A program made the position numbers and the translations under genes. From Bacteroidota bacterium (GTDB lineage: Bacteria > Bacteroidota > Bacteroidia > Chitinophagales > Chitinophagaceae): DNA of 64,000 nt. The notes below the pieces were generated by a model. The model did not search any database. It saw only the letters and a list, made by a program, of their open reading frames with translations, and was not told where the DNA came from. Of the stretch, positions 21,801 through 29,253 are shown piece by piece (within the stretch, counting starts at the first letter, position 1; each line of letters opens with the position of its first letter). The stretch spans positions 1,366 to 65,365 of the forward strand of contig CANHAE010000001.1 in assembly GCA_947458915.1 (NCBI GenBank), read 5' to 3'.

Positions 21801-24448
21801 GATTTTAATGAAGTTCCTGACAAGGTTGTTGCATCTGCAGTTATTGTAATATCTGCACTACCATCAAAAGCAGTTCCGTTTATATTTTTTGAAGCAGCTA
21901 ATTTTGTTGCTGTAGCTGCATTACCAGTAGTACTTTGATTTAACGTTGGAAAGCTTGTTAAATTAGCAGCACTACCAGTGGGTGTTAAGTAATTTGTTCC
22001 AGCAACTAAAGGCGCTTGAACATCTGTACCAATTACCAATCCTAAATTCGTTCTTGCATCCGCTGCCGAAGTGGCTCCTGTACCTCCATTTGCTAACGCA
22101 ATAGTGGTTCCACTCCAGACACCTGCAGTAATTGTTCCAACACTTGTTAAGCTTGACCCAACCACTGTTGATTTTAAAGAAGTTCCTGACAAGGTTGTTG
22201 CATCTGCAGTTACTGTAATATCTGCACTACCATCAAATGCAGTTCCGTTAATATTTTTTGTTGTGGCTAATTTGGTTGCCGTAGCTGCATTACCCGTTGT
22301 ATTTTGATTTAATGTTGGCACATCCGCAACATCCAATGCTCTAAAACTAGGAACACCACTTGCGCCACTAGGAGCTGCATAAATAGTATTGGCAGCTTGA
22401 GAACCAAATGCACTTTGTTTTGCATTAAACGTGTTCCAGTCGGTTGCTGTTAAATAACCATCTCCACTTGTGGAAGCTGCAGTCATTGAAAAAACACCAT
22501 TTGTAGCATTATAGGCCAATGGAGCAGTTGCACTCACGGCTGCTCTCGCAAGGGTATTTGAGTAATACTTGTTTGTTACACCACCAGAAATATCATCTGC
22601 TGTCAAAGTTACATTTGCCCCTGTTTTTGAATTTACAACTTGAACTGTAGTAGGATTTACTAATTGTATCCAATTTGATAAAACACTTGCATCAGCATTT
22701 TTTAGTACGTAATTTTTATTTTCATCTGTTCTAATTGCAATGGCGCCTACAAGCTTTCCTGTTAATGCTAACATTTCTGCATCACTTGTTACTACGTCTA
22801 CACTAGAAAATGTAATTGCCGGAATTTGTATTGAAGGAATTTTACCTGTGCCATCTAATGTAGCAACCCCATTTATTGCTGCTTTTTCTGAAGCACCAAT
22901 TTTGCTGTCAAATGTAGTCCAATCTGCTGCACTTAAGTAGCCATTTACTGACGCACTAGCTTTAGAAATAGAAATAGTATTTGTAGTGCGAACTAGTGGA
23001 CTTGTAAAAGTTAATGGCGCTTCAAAGGCTGTAATATCGCTATTAGCGGCTGATCCAAAACTACGCTGTGCTAATACATTCGTTCCAATTGCCAATCCTA
23101 AATTAGCTCTTGCATCTATAACGTTTGTTGCCCCAGTTCCTCCATTTAAAACAGCAACTATGCCATTTACGTTTGAAGCATTTCCTGTAATATTTCCTGT
23201 TACTTTAGATCCACTGATTGTACTTATTTTTGCATCAGTTACATTTAAGTCTGCAATTTTATTTGTAGTTACGGCATTTACTGCAATAGAAGGCGTATTA
23301 GCATTCCCTGACAAATCTCCTGCTAATGCTATTTTACCTTTTAACACTGTTGTAGCATCAGGTGCACCTGAAACCATTGAAGCATCAACATATTCCTTAA
23401 CTGCTTTTTGAGTTGGATAAAATTCGTCACTAGGAGCCGATCCGCCTAAAGTATTTGAAGTTACTTTGTTTGAAATATTTTCTTTTAAAGCCAGCGCTGT
23501 TGTAGTTGCGAATGAACTTAAATCCTGATCGCCTGTGTTAGTTCCTGAAATAGCAGCTAGTTTTGCTTTTTCTATTGTGGTATAATCGTTTGAGGATAAT
23601 TCTTTACCAGTCACCTTATCTACTTTGGTTGCCAAAGCCGTAGTCATGGCAGCACTATTTGCCTTTAATCCCAACTGATTATATATTGTTGTACTATCAA
23701 ATGTTTTTGTAGCCAACTGTGTTGGTGTGACATACACTGTATTGCTATCCAAAACATTTACTTTACTATTTAGTGCACCATTAATTGCATCCGCAGTAAG
23801 GGATGTAATATTAGAAGCAATTATTTCATTCACCATTTTTTTGTAGGGAGCTAGCATAGCTGCCGTATCGGTACTTGCTATTTTTGTGCTCACCGCTGTG
23901 GCTAATGTACTTACAGCTTGCGCCTTAGCATATAATGCCAACATACTTGTCGTATCCTTGATGCTTAATTTACTCTCTAACCCACTGGCAGTCCCCGCAT
24001 ACAATGCATATGGTACCGCACCAAAAGAAGTAGTCCCTAAATCTATCCACTCGTTTTTATACTCCCAACTTGTTGTGGGTGCTATTGGCGTAATGGCTAC
24101 TTTTAAATTTAAAAAGTAGGGGCCATTCGCCCAATCAATACCCACTAAATTACTTGATGTGCCTCCTATCCTTGTACCTTGACCTACGCTGATACTAAAT
24201 ACCCCCGTAGCATCGGTAGTTGTTTGATACTCCTCCGTTAACACTTTTGTGCCAGTTGCTGTAGTTTGTATAATACTGGATTGTACATAAATTTTCCTAT
24301 CCTTCGCAGGGTTCGAAAAATTATCCCTAGCTACTGCTTGGAAAAAAATACCTGTACCAGTTGTTTGTGCATACAAACTCGTGGTTGTTAAACTCAACAA
24401 CACAAGTGTTGTGCTTAGTAAAAAATTGATTGTAACTTTTTTGTTCAT
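15890..24448 (-). CDS. Giant (2852 aa) exported mosaic tail-fibre-like adhesin
   Basis: Signal peptide, FQAVARD...AVPYALYA N-domain, Thr/Gly/Ala/Ser-rich repeats, NTAxG..AL beta-repeat blocks, C-terminal SDGTNW domain. Confidence 0.75.
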   Translation of the reverse strand: MNKKVTINFLLSTTLVLLSLTTTSLYAQTTGTGIFFQAVARDNFSNPAKDRKIYVQSSIIQTTATGTKVLTEEYQTTTDATGVFSISVGQGTRIGGTSSNLVGIDWANGPYFLNLKVAITPIAPTTSWEYKNEWIDLGTTSFGAVPYALYAGTASGLESKLSIKDTTSMLALYAKAQAVSTLATAVSTKIASTDTAAMLAPYKKMVNEIIASNITSLTADAINGALNSKVNVLDSNTVYVTPTQLATKTFDSTTIYNQLGLKANSAAMTTALATKVDKVTGKELSSNDYTTIEKAKLAAISGTNTGDQDLSSFATTTALALKENISNKVTSNTLGGSAPSDEFYPTQKAVKEYVDASMVSGAPDATTVLKGKIALAGDLSGNANTPSIAVNAVTTNKIADLNVTDAKISTISGSKVTGNITGNASNVNGIVAVLNGGTGATNVIDARANLGLAIGTNVLAQRSFGSAANSDITAFEAPLTFTSPLVRTTNTISISKASASVNGYLSAADWTTFDSKIGASEKAAINGVATLDGTGKIPSIQIPAITFSSVDVVTSDAEMLALTGKLVGAIAIRTDENKNYVLKNADASVLSNWIQLVNPTTVQVVNSKTGANVTLTADDISGGVTNKYYSNTLARAAVSATAPLAYNATNGVFSMTAASTSGDGYLTATDWNTFNAKQSAFGSQAANTIYAAPSGASGVPSFRALDVADVPTLNQNTTGNAATATKLATTKNINGTAFDGSADITVTADATTLSGTSLKSTVVGSSLTSVGTITAGVWSGTTIALANGGTGATSAADARTNLGLVIGTDVQAPLVAGTNYLTPTGSAANLTSFPTLNQSTTGNAATATKLAASKNINGTAFDGSADITITADATTLSGTSLKSTVVGSSLTSVGTITAGVWSGTTIALANGGTGATSAADARTNLGLVIGTDVMAATATTTLTGDVSGSGNGSFATTVNSVGGVSASTISTFDTRIASNTSSITSNTNSIATLSTNVNANTASILLKAPIESPTFTGTPAAPTAATNDNSTTLATTAYVKSNLATVSAGTLTGTTLASTITGSSLTSVGTITSGVWSGTAIAYNKLALTGNIIDADINASAAIADSKLATITSTGKVSNSATTATDANTANAIIARDASGNFTAGVITGTLSGTATTATNIAGGVAGSIPYQTAAGTTAMIPVGAANQFLTSVAGGTYTWTSTSAVTGNFVPYSGASGSVDLGAYDINATKAKFIGDIYTIPTSQVGSTSPYDNTNYENNNGLVIHTYNQSGFPSIVSFVATGKKSGNYSSSINFLTRPSGSTAVPVERLRITRDGYVGIGTTAPTTTLDVVGGGKISTDLFVGGTITSGTWSGTTIGSNYGGAGATNGLLKANGSGVVSAAVAGTDYLAPNAAITAATKTKITYDTKGFVTAGADATTADIAPSTNRNYVTDTQAGVISNTSGVNTGDQTITLTGDVTGTGTGSFAATLTNTTVTAGDYGSSTAIPTFSVDSKGRLTAAGTVGITAGVSSLNYTSTTSYAAGGTISGTSLTLTAANSTNPGLISTGAQTIAGAKTFSNDVTAPTFIGNVTGNVTGNLTGNATTATALATGRTIALTGDVTYTSPSFDGSGNVTAAATLAASGVASGTYGSSTAIPNFTVDEKGRITAASTVGITAGVNSLNYTSTTSYAAGGTISGTTLTLAAANGTNPGLISTGAQTIAGAKTFSSDVTATNFIGNATTATTAGNITATSNTSLTSLANLTTVGTITSGTWSASTIDFAKLNITKANITGLGVQEGLTAGSGISISAGTISATGLTTSNLSSTAGITVDQLATKTTTLGSTTLTLGGTSTSVTGLTSLSATNLTGTLSGTATSLATGRTIALTGDVTYTSPAFDGSGNVTAAATLAASGVSSGTYGSSTTIPVLTVDSKGRVTTASSVSIVAGVNTMTTIAATSNANGATISGTALTLTPADATNGGIITAGTQTIGGAKTFSNTTTFSSNIVVNSINIGRGTKNVATNTAIGTSALNSSTVSTDNVAVGYEALYTGTNSAGNNTAVGSTAGRSNTTGNLNSYYGFAAGYNTTTGFRNTAIGAKSLYSYGGTNTGYSNQAFGYSSLYSNLTGSKNTAIGDSALYNNTDGYSNVGIGHRVMEDNSTGFENVAIGNAALLRNTSGDYNVGIGSSAVVGNNAGNYNIGIGKSALGFVGSTGGTPSNNIGIGYQAGAWYGSGESTNASVSIANNIFIGHDVRPSGSSDVNEIVLSNSPGALGTGSYGQVGLGSHTTLIGNVLTQKAQIYGALTTVPSAASAVAGYGATIEAQASSSASSAGGSVTLKGGNNSSTGAGGNINLTPGTSTSGTAGKVIVSGDMTINGQTIGKGTGGILTNTAHGFSALNSNTTGKYNTAIGYNTLISNLTTDQNTSVGYEALKNNTAANNTAVGANVLSGNITGTLNAGLGLNAMFNNTSGNNNSALGAIALHANTTGSDNIAFGQRAGTAATGSQNVFLGSNAGISNTSVSNNILIGYGAGQYYGTLSNTNYTTGGGNVLIGNDVRPLADGQTNQVVIAGYTGSGTGMTGNGSNTVTIGNTSNTANYLRGVTNLAAGTMTSTTGVNLTGSVDDFFQYNVQNTSTGTKAQSGYAATANNGNDVSGFAWMGINNSTFNNPTAYNIGLANDVTYIGSGNDMHIANANNSKSIVFSTGTALTPFFNEKMRLTNSGTLAIGTSGATAVDTANSKLHVAGKVKIVDGNQAAGKVLTSDANGVATWQNSGGSVVTMSATGTATSTATYIIFTGSTASQTITIPSASTLGSGRELNVKNVASVSVAIASAGGYLIMDNTTLTNTGVNLGIEPSNNWIKLVSDGTNWYIFRGLF
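18740..19930 (-). repeat. Interleaved intragenic repeats (LATGRTIALTGDVTYTSP..GTYGSS x2; SLNYTSTTSYAAGGTISG..GAKTFS x2)
   Basis: Copies at about 18740-18885/19540-19690 and about 19315-19480/19760-19930. Confidence 0.85.
21651..22319 (-). repeat. Intragenic direct repeat: two ~300 bp copies with a 369-bp (123 aa) period
   Basis: 21651-21950 and 22020-22319 align almost base for base, differing mostly at third codon positions. Confidence 0.9.
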
Positions 24449-24481
24449 AATATTTTAGTAATTGTTACTTAAGGAGGAAAA

Positions 24482-25006
24482 TTAATTCGCTTTTATAAAT
24501 TTAATCGCATCCACAAATTGTGTGCTCTCTATTTTTAATACATAAGTGCCCGAGTTCAAACCGCTTAAATCTAGCGTCATACCTTGGAATAAATTATAGC
24601 CTGTCTCTTTTCTGGTAGTAATTAACATGCCCTCGGCTGTCCATATACTTAAATTAAATGTCTCCGTTAATGGGGGTGTATTCACAAACTTCACTTTCGT
24701 GCTTGAACTCACCGGATTCGGAAACAACTTAATGCCTAAGGCGTTAAACTGCATCGTCACTTCACAGTTTATTGCAAACTGGCCATTTGCTCTTGTACCA
24801 CTTAACACGGCCACACCAGTTTGTACGTCAATGCAATTAGCCGTACTCTTAAAATTAATCGCACTACCAGTACTTGCTGTATTAGCCATAGCACCTACAC
24901 TGCTCATTACAAAGGCTGCCGCCTGCGCATTTGTGGCTTGCGGAACGGCTAATACTACTGCTAGCAAGGCCACATACATTAATTTACTACTCGTTTTGTT
25001 TGTCAT
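24482..25006 (-). CDS. Small type IX secretion system (type A CTD) cargo protein
   Basis: Signal peptide; CTD motifs LFPNPV, LDLSGLNSGTYVLKI, KFIK. Confidence 0.85.
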   Translation of the reverse strand: MTNKTSSKLMYVALLAVVLAVPQATNAQAAAFVMSSVGAMANTASTGSAINFKSTANCIDVQTGVAVLSGTRANGQFAINCEVTMQFNALGIKLFPNPVSSSTKVKFVNTPPLTETFNLSIWTAEGMLITTRKETGYNLFQGMTLDLSGLNSGTYVLKIESTQFVDAIKFIKAN

Positions 25007-25419
25007 TACTTTGTGCTATAATAGTAAGTGGTTTTAACGCCACTAATTTGAAATGATAAAATTAAATTCTGAGCACCCACCGACTCTATATCATACACGT
25101 ATTCTGTTGCACTACCACTGCTCGTTTGTGCTTGCACATGTATTTGTAATTGTCCTGCTACTTTCTCCACCGTGTAGCTTCCTACTATACCATCTGAGTC
25201 GTTCGTGCTGCCGTTATTTAAAAAATTAATAAAATACGTCGACTGGCCTACATATGTTTTTAGCGATGTGCCTGTTTGCTTAAAATCCATATACCAGGTT
25301 TTATTCCCTAACATGGTTTGTGCTAAATTTATTTCTGCACTTTCTGTATCCTTCGTACATGAAGCTAACTGCGTAGCTGCTATAGTTATTGCTAGTATGT
25401 ATTGTAAATATTTTTTCAT
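25006..25419 (-). CDS. Lipoprotein, lipocalin-like
   Basis: Lipobox LAS-C followed by TKDTES (resembles the K-D/E lipoprotein export signal); GNKTW motif. Confidence 0.65.
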   Translation of the reverse strand: MKKYLQYILAITIAATQLASCTKDTESAEINLAQTMLGNKTWYMDFKQTGTSLKTYVGQSTYFINFLNNGSTNDSDGIVGSYTVEKVAGQLQIHVQAQTSSGSATEYVYDIESVGAQNLILSFQISGVKTTYYYSTK

Positions 25420-25440
25420 TTTATTTTTTTTCGCTGCTTT

Positions 25441-26241
25441 TTAAAATAAGTCACTTGCCCTTATCACCATACCTAGTTCAACACTGTTTACATTTGCTTT
25501 TATAGGAGCTTTGGTAAATGAGGTAATCCCTTGTTTGTAATGCAAAAACAAAGTGTAGTAGCCACTGTTATCAAACTCTACACCTAAGTCGCCTCTTAGT
25601 AAAAAACGTTGGTAGTTATTGTTCACTAAATTGTCTGCACTCTGTGCCGATAAACGCGTGTCTATACTTGGACCTGCTACCACGTAAAACTTGTATTTTG
25701 CTGTATCCCCTAACACAATTAGTTTTTTGTAATGGGCAGCAATACTTAAATTGAAAAACTGATCGTCCGCCTTGAAACTGGAATAGCTACCAATAAAAGG
25801 CGCTAAACTGCCTAATTCCTTATACCTAGTGCCGGTAGCAATTTTTTGTAAAGTCATGGCAAAAGAATATTGATGCATTTGCTTATACTTCCCATCTACC
25901 CTAAAACCAGCTAAATAGCCTGGCTTGAATGTGTTTTTATTAAAATCAGACAAACTATAATTGAAACTAGAAGCATAATTACCTGTTCTTACCGTTTGGT
26001 TCGAGAAATTCATGCCAGCCACTAAATACGTATTGTTGTCAGTGAAATTTACAAATACCTTGTCCCAGCTTTTACCTATCTGCTGCTTAAACTTCGCCAC
26101 CTTATCCGAAAAAGGACGCTTTAAGTATAACTTGTCTTGCTCCTCTTGGGTCCTCAAAGGAACCGTTGGAGTTTGTGCATTTGACGAATAAAATAAACAC
26201 ATTAACAAAATAATTAATGTGATGGATTTCAACTTAAACAT
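25441..26241 (-). CDS. Outer-membrane beta-barrel protein
   Basis: Signal peptide, alternating amphipathic strands, terminal Phe. Confidence 0.6.
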   Translation of the reverse strand: MFKLKSITLIILLMCLFYSSNAQTPTVPLRTQEEQDKLYLKRPFSDKVAKFKQQIGKSWDKVFVNFTDNNTYLVAGMNFSNQTVRTGNYASSFNYSLSDFNKNTFKPGYLAGFRVDGKYKQMHQYSFAMTLQKIATGTRYKELGSLAPFIGSYSSFKADDQFFNLSIAAHYKKLIVLGDTAKYKFYVVAGPSIDTRLSAQSADNLVNNNYQRFLLRGDLGVEFDNSGYYTLFLHYKQGITSFTKAPIKANVNSVELGMVIRASDLF

Positions 26242-26432
26242 ATATTATGATTTCAATTAATATTAATATTACTTAGCATCCTACCAATAAGGTAAAAATG
26301 ATAAATAATAAAAGGCGCGCGAGCGCGAAAATTAAATGAAAAATTACTTGTAGTTGAAGCAATTAGAATTTACTCTGTATCAGTTTATGAAACTAATACA
26401 AAAATCTAGCGAAAAGTCCTATATATGTATGA

Positions 26433-27620
26433 TTAATCTAATTTGTTAAGGTACTCTGAGGGGGTAATACCCATTTTTTGCTTGAAAGAATTAAAGAAAC
26501 TAGTCCTTGATCCAAAACCAGCTTGCTTGGCTAAAGCGTCCAATGTTAAAATTTCTCCTGAACCTTCTTGGATTAATTTGATGACTTGAGTGACTTTTAA
26601 GTCATTTTTCCACGTATTAAAATTAATATGCAAGTGTTCATTTAAGTAATAAGAAAGATGATGGATGGGTATATCAGTATCGGAAGACATTGTGGTCAAG
26701 TTAAACTCAGGGTTTAAATAGGGCTTCTTTTCAATATATAGGTCAATTTTATACTTTAATAATGCCAGTTTTTCATCAGAAATTTCAAAGCTTCTTGGTT
26801 GTTTTTTTACAGTTTCACTAGTTGCTGCGTCAAGGTTTACTTGCCTTTTTGAAGAAACTAAAATAGGATAATCTAATTGAGGAAGACCATATAGTATGTT
26901 AGGGAAAAAAAGTAACGAAATATTTAGCATAATAACTCCAAAGAGCACAATTAAAAGAAAATACCTTCCTACTTCTGTAGCTGCTTCATAATTACTTAGG
27001 TTAATGGCCACTAAAGAAAAAAGAAGAAAATTAACATAAATAATAAGTGAAGTTACTAGTAAAAAGGATAACCACTTATAAATTAAAGTATGTTGTTTTT
27101 CTATAAAATCATTGTTTCGGTAATACTTGAAAACCATGACAGCACTAGCTAACACGTATCCTATTGCAAAAACCGGCCTTACTAAAAAAGATGCTATTGC
27201 TGGAATAAATAAATGTTCTACATTTACCAATTCAGCAGGATTACTTATAACAAGTCGTGCAAATTCAAGTTTGTGTTCATAGCTTGAAAATAAATAGCGA
27301 GAAATATTAAGAAAATAAATGAAAAAAGGAATAAAATGAAACAAGTCACTTCGTCGAAGTGTGAAATCATCTCGCAACAAGCCTCTTACATAAAAATATA
27401 AAGCGGGGCCGGTCAGTACAAAAATTGGGCTAAAGTTTACTAACATAATGGCTATCAAACCCTCGTTTTGAGAATCAATAGTGGCATAATGCGTCAAGGC
27501 ATATATATTGTTTATGAGAAAAAAAAAGAAAAGGTATTGATTTGCCTTATTAGACTGCCTTAAATTTACAAACATTATAAAAGTGACAATAAATCCAAGT
27601 AAAGTAATGTATAATAGCAT
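26433..27620 (-). CDS. Membrane-anchored AraC-family regulator
   Basis: About 7 TM helices followed by an AraC HTH (YLNPEFNL..HHLSYYLN; AGFGSRTSFFNSFKQKMGITPSEY). Confidence 0.9.
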   Translation of the reverse strand: MLLYITLLGFIVTFIMFVNLRQSNKANQYLFFFFLINNIYALTHYATIDSQNEGLIAIMLVNFSPIFVLTGPALYFYVRGLLRDDFTLRRSDLFHFIPFFIYFLNISRYLFSSYEHKLEFARLVISNPAELVNVEHLFIPAIASFLVRPVFAIGYVLASAVMVFKYYRNNDFIEKQHTLIYKWLSFLLVTSLIIYVNFLLFSLVAINLSNYEAATEVGRYFLLIVLFGVIMLNISLLFFPNILYGLPQLDYPILVSSKRQVNLDAATSETVKKQPRSFEISDEKLALLKYKIDLYIEKKPYLNPEFNLTTMSSDTDIPIHHLSYYLNEHLHINFNTWKNDLKVTQVIKLIQEGSGEILTLDALAKQAGFGSRTSFFNSFKQKMGITPSEYLNKLD

Positions 27621-27734
27621 TGAGGGTTATCTGTTTTTGATTCAAGCAAAATTCAAAATAAAGATAAATTATTTACGACTATTAAGTACAGATTAATATA
27701 CACGAGTTAATCCACATATTCTTATGTCCCTAGC

Positions 27735-27748
27735 ATGATTATTATCAG
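27735..27748 (+). promoter_or_regulatory. Candidate Crp/Fnr-type box ATGAT-TATT-ATCAG upstream of nuoA
   Basis: The same 13-mer ATGATTATTATCA occurs upstream of the PFOR gene. Confidence 0.55.
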
Positions 27749-27871
27749 AACCTGTTTACTATAATTATGACAAAAATTAACCCTTTACCTCGAATTTTAG
27801 CTTTAAGTTTGAAATTGAATAGATTGACAATTTATTCGTAATTTACAAATGACCAAAAACCTTTTTAAACT

Positions 27872-28222
27872 ATGGGTGCTATTTCCTTAATTGCCTTACT
27901 AGTAGCGGCAATTGCATTTTCCGCCGGTGGGATATTAATAGGCAAAGTATTAGTGAAAGGGAGTACTAACCCGCAAAAGGGTCAGCCTTACGAATGTGGT
28001 ATTCCTACTAGCACCTCTCCATGGCACCAATTCAATGTTGGTTACTACCTTTTTGCACTACTATTTTTAATTTTTGATGTAGAACTTGTATTCTTATACC
28101 CTTGGGCTGTGGTAGTTAAAAAAGTAGGTATAATCGCTTTAATTGAAATTATTATTTTCATATTTATTTTATTCATGGGCTTTTTATACGCTCATAAAAA
28201 AGGAGCACTAAAATGGAGTTAA
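27872..28222 (+). CDS. nuoA: NADH-quinone oxidoreductase subunit A
   Basis: PYECG and [15 protein letters not shown] motifs. Confidence 0.95.
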   Translation: MGAISLIALLVAAIAFSAGGILIGKVLVKGSTNPQKGQPYECGIPTSTSPWHQFNVGYYLFALLFLIFDVELVFLYPWAVVVKKVGIIALIEIIIFIFILFMGFLYAHKKGALKWS

Positions 28223-28758
28223 AAGAACAAAATATAGCTAAGGAAGCTTTTCCGGGAATCATTCATGAAACACCTGGCGGTGGAATTGTTGTAAGCACTT
28301 TTGATAGTGTGATTAATTGGGCAAGAAGTAATTCACTCTGGCCATTATCCTTTGCTACAAGTTGTTGTGGCATTGAAATGATGTCAACCGCTTCTGCAAA
28401 GTATGATTTTTCTCGCTTTGGTTTTGAAGTGGCCCGAGCTTCTCCACGTCAAGCAGATGTTATTATAATTGCTGGTACCATTGTAAACAAAATGGCACCA
28501 GTACTTAAACGATTATATGACCAAATGGCCGACCCTAAATATGTAATTGCAATGGGCGCCTGCGCTATTAGCGGTGGTCCTTTTTTTTATAATACCTATT
28601 CCGTTGTTAAGGGTGCTGACCATATCATCCCTGTAGATGTATATATTCCGGGATGTCCGCCGCGCCCTGAAGCATTATTACATTCTTTAATCTCTCTTCA
28701 AGAAAAAATTAAGATGGGAATGACAAGAGATCAAATAAGAGGAGAATTTAAAGGATAA
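28213..28758 (+). CDS. nuoB: NADH-quinone oxidoreductase subunit B
   Basis: [28 protein letters not shown]. Confidence 0.95.
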   Translation: MELKEQNIAKEAFPGIIHETPGGGIVVSTFDSVINWARSNSLWPLSFATSCCGIEMMSTASAKYDFSRFGFEVARASPRQADVIIIAGTIVNKMAPVLKRLYDQMADPKYVIAMGACAISGGPFFYNTYSVVKGADHIIPVDVYIPGCPPRPEALLHSLISLQEKIKMGMTRDQIRGEFKG

Positions 28759-28793
28759 CTATTTAAAAGCAGTATTGATTATAATTATAAAAA

Positions 28794-29246
28794 ATGTCAA
28801 ACGAAGAAATAAAAGAAATAATTAGTTCCACTTTACCTTCAGCCACTTACGATGAAACTGGAGAATGGTTGAATATAGCTATTGATTCAAAAGATTGGAA
28901 AAAAATTGCGACTGAATGCCGAAACGGGGTATTAAAAATGGATTTTTTGTTTTGCTTAACTTGTATTGATTGGAAAAGCCATTTAACTATGTTATACCAC
29001 CTTACTTCCACAAAGCTTCGCCATAATATTGTAGTGAAAGCCAATTTGGATCCTGCAATAGCTGAAATTGAAAGCGTTTGTGCTATTTGGAGAACGGCAG
29101 AATTTCACGAACGTGAAGTTTTTGAAATGTTTGGCGTAAACTTCTTAAATCACCCAGACCTAAGAAAACTCATACTGGAGGACGATTTTAAAGGCTTCCC
29201 ATTAAGAAAAGATTTTGAAGATCCTATCAACATGATAAAATTATAG
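28794..29246 (+). CDS. nuoC: NADH-quinone oxidoreductase subunit C
   Basis: EREVFEMFGV.F..HPDLR and GFPLRKDF. Confidence 0.93.
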   Translation: MSNEEIKEIISSTLPSATYDETGEWLNIAIDSKDWKKIATECRNGVLKMDFLFCLTCIDWKSHLTMLYHLTSTKLRHNIVVKANLDPAIAEIESVCAIWRTAEFHEREVFEMFGVNFLNHPDLRKLILEDDFKGFPLRKDFEDPINMIKL

Positions 29247-29253
29247 TAGGACC

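Noticed and set aside
18740-22319. CRISPR array
   Set aside because: The repeats are long, in-frame and coding, with no repeat-spacer pattern and no cas genes
16134-24119. Many short plus-strand ORFs antisense to the giant gene (and similar ones across the window)
   Set aside because: Shadow ORFs produced by the codon bias of the real genes; no independent motifs
9604-24448. Prophage, tailocin or contractile injection system
   Set aside because: No capsid, portal, terminase, sheath, tube, baseplate, lysis or integrase genes; all fibre proteins have Sec signal peptides
9604-24448. Diversity-generating retroelement or shufflon behind the repeats
   Set aside because: No reverse transcriptase or invertase in the window; repeat differences are mostly synonymous rather than adenine-specific, and all copies are in direct orientation
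27519-27527. A9 tract in araC as a phase-variation switch
   Set aside because: In frame, encodes a Phe run in a TM helix, and is unremarkable in such AT-rich DNA
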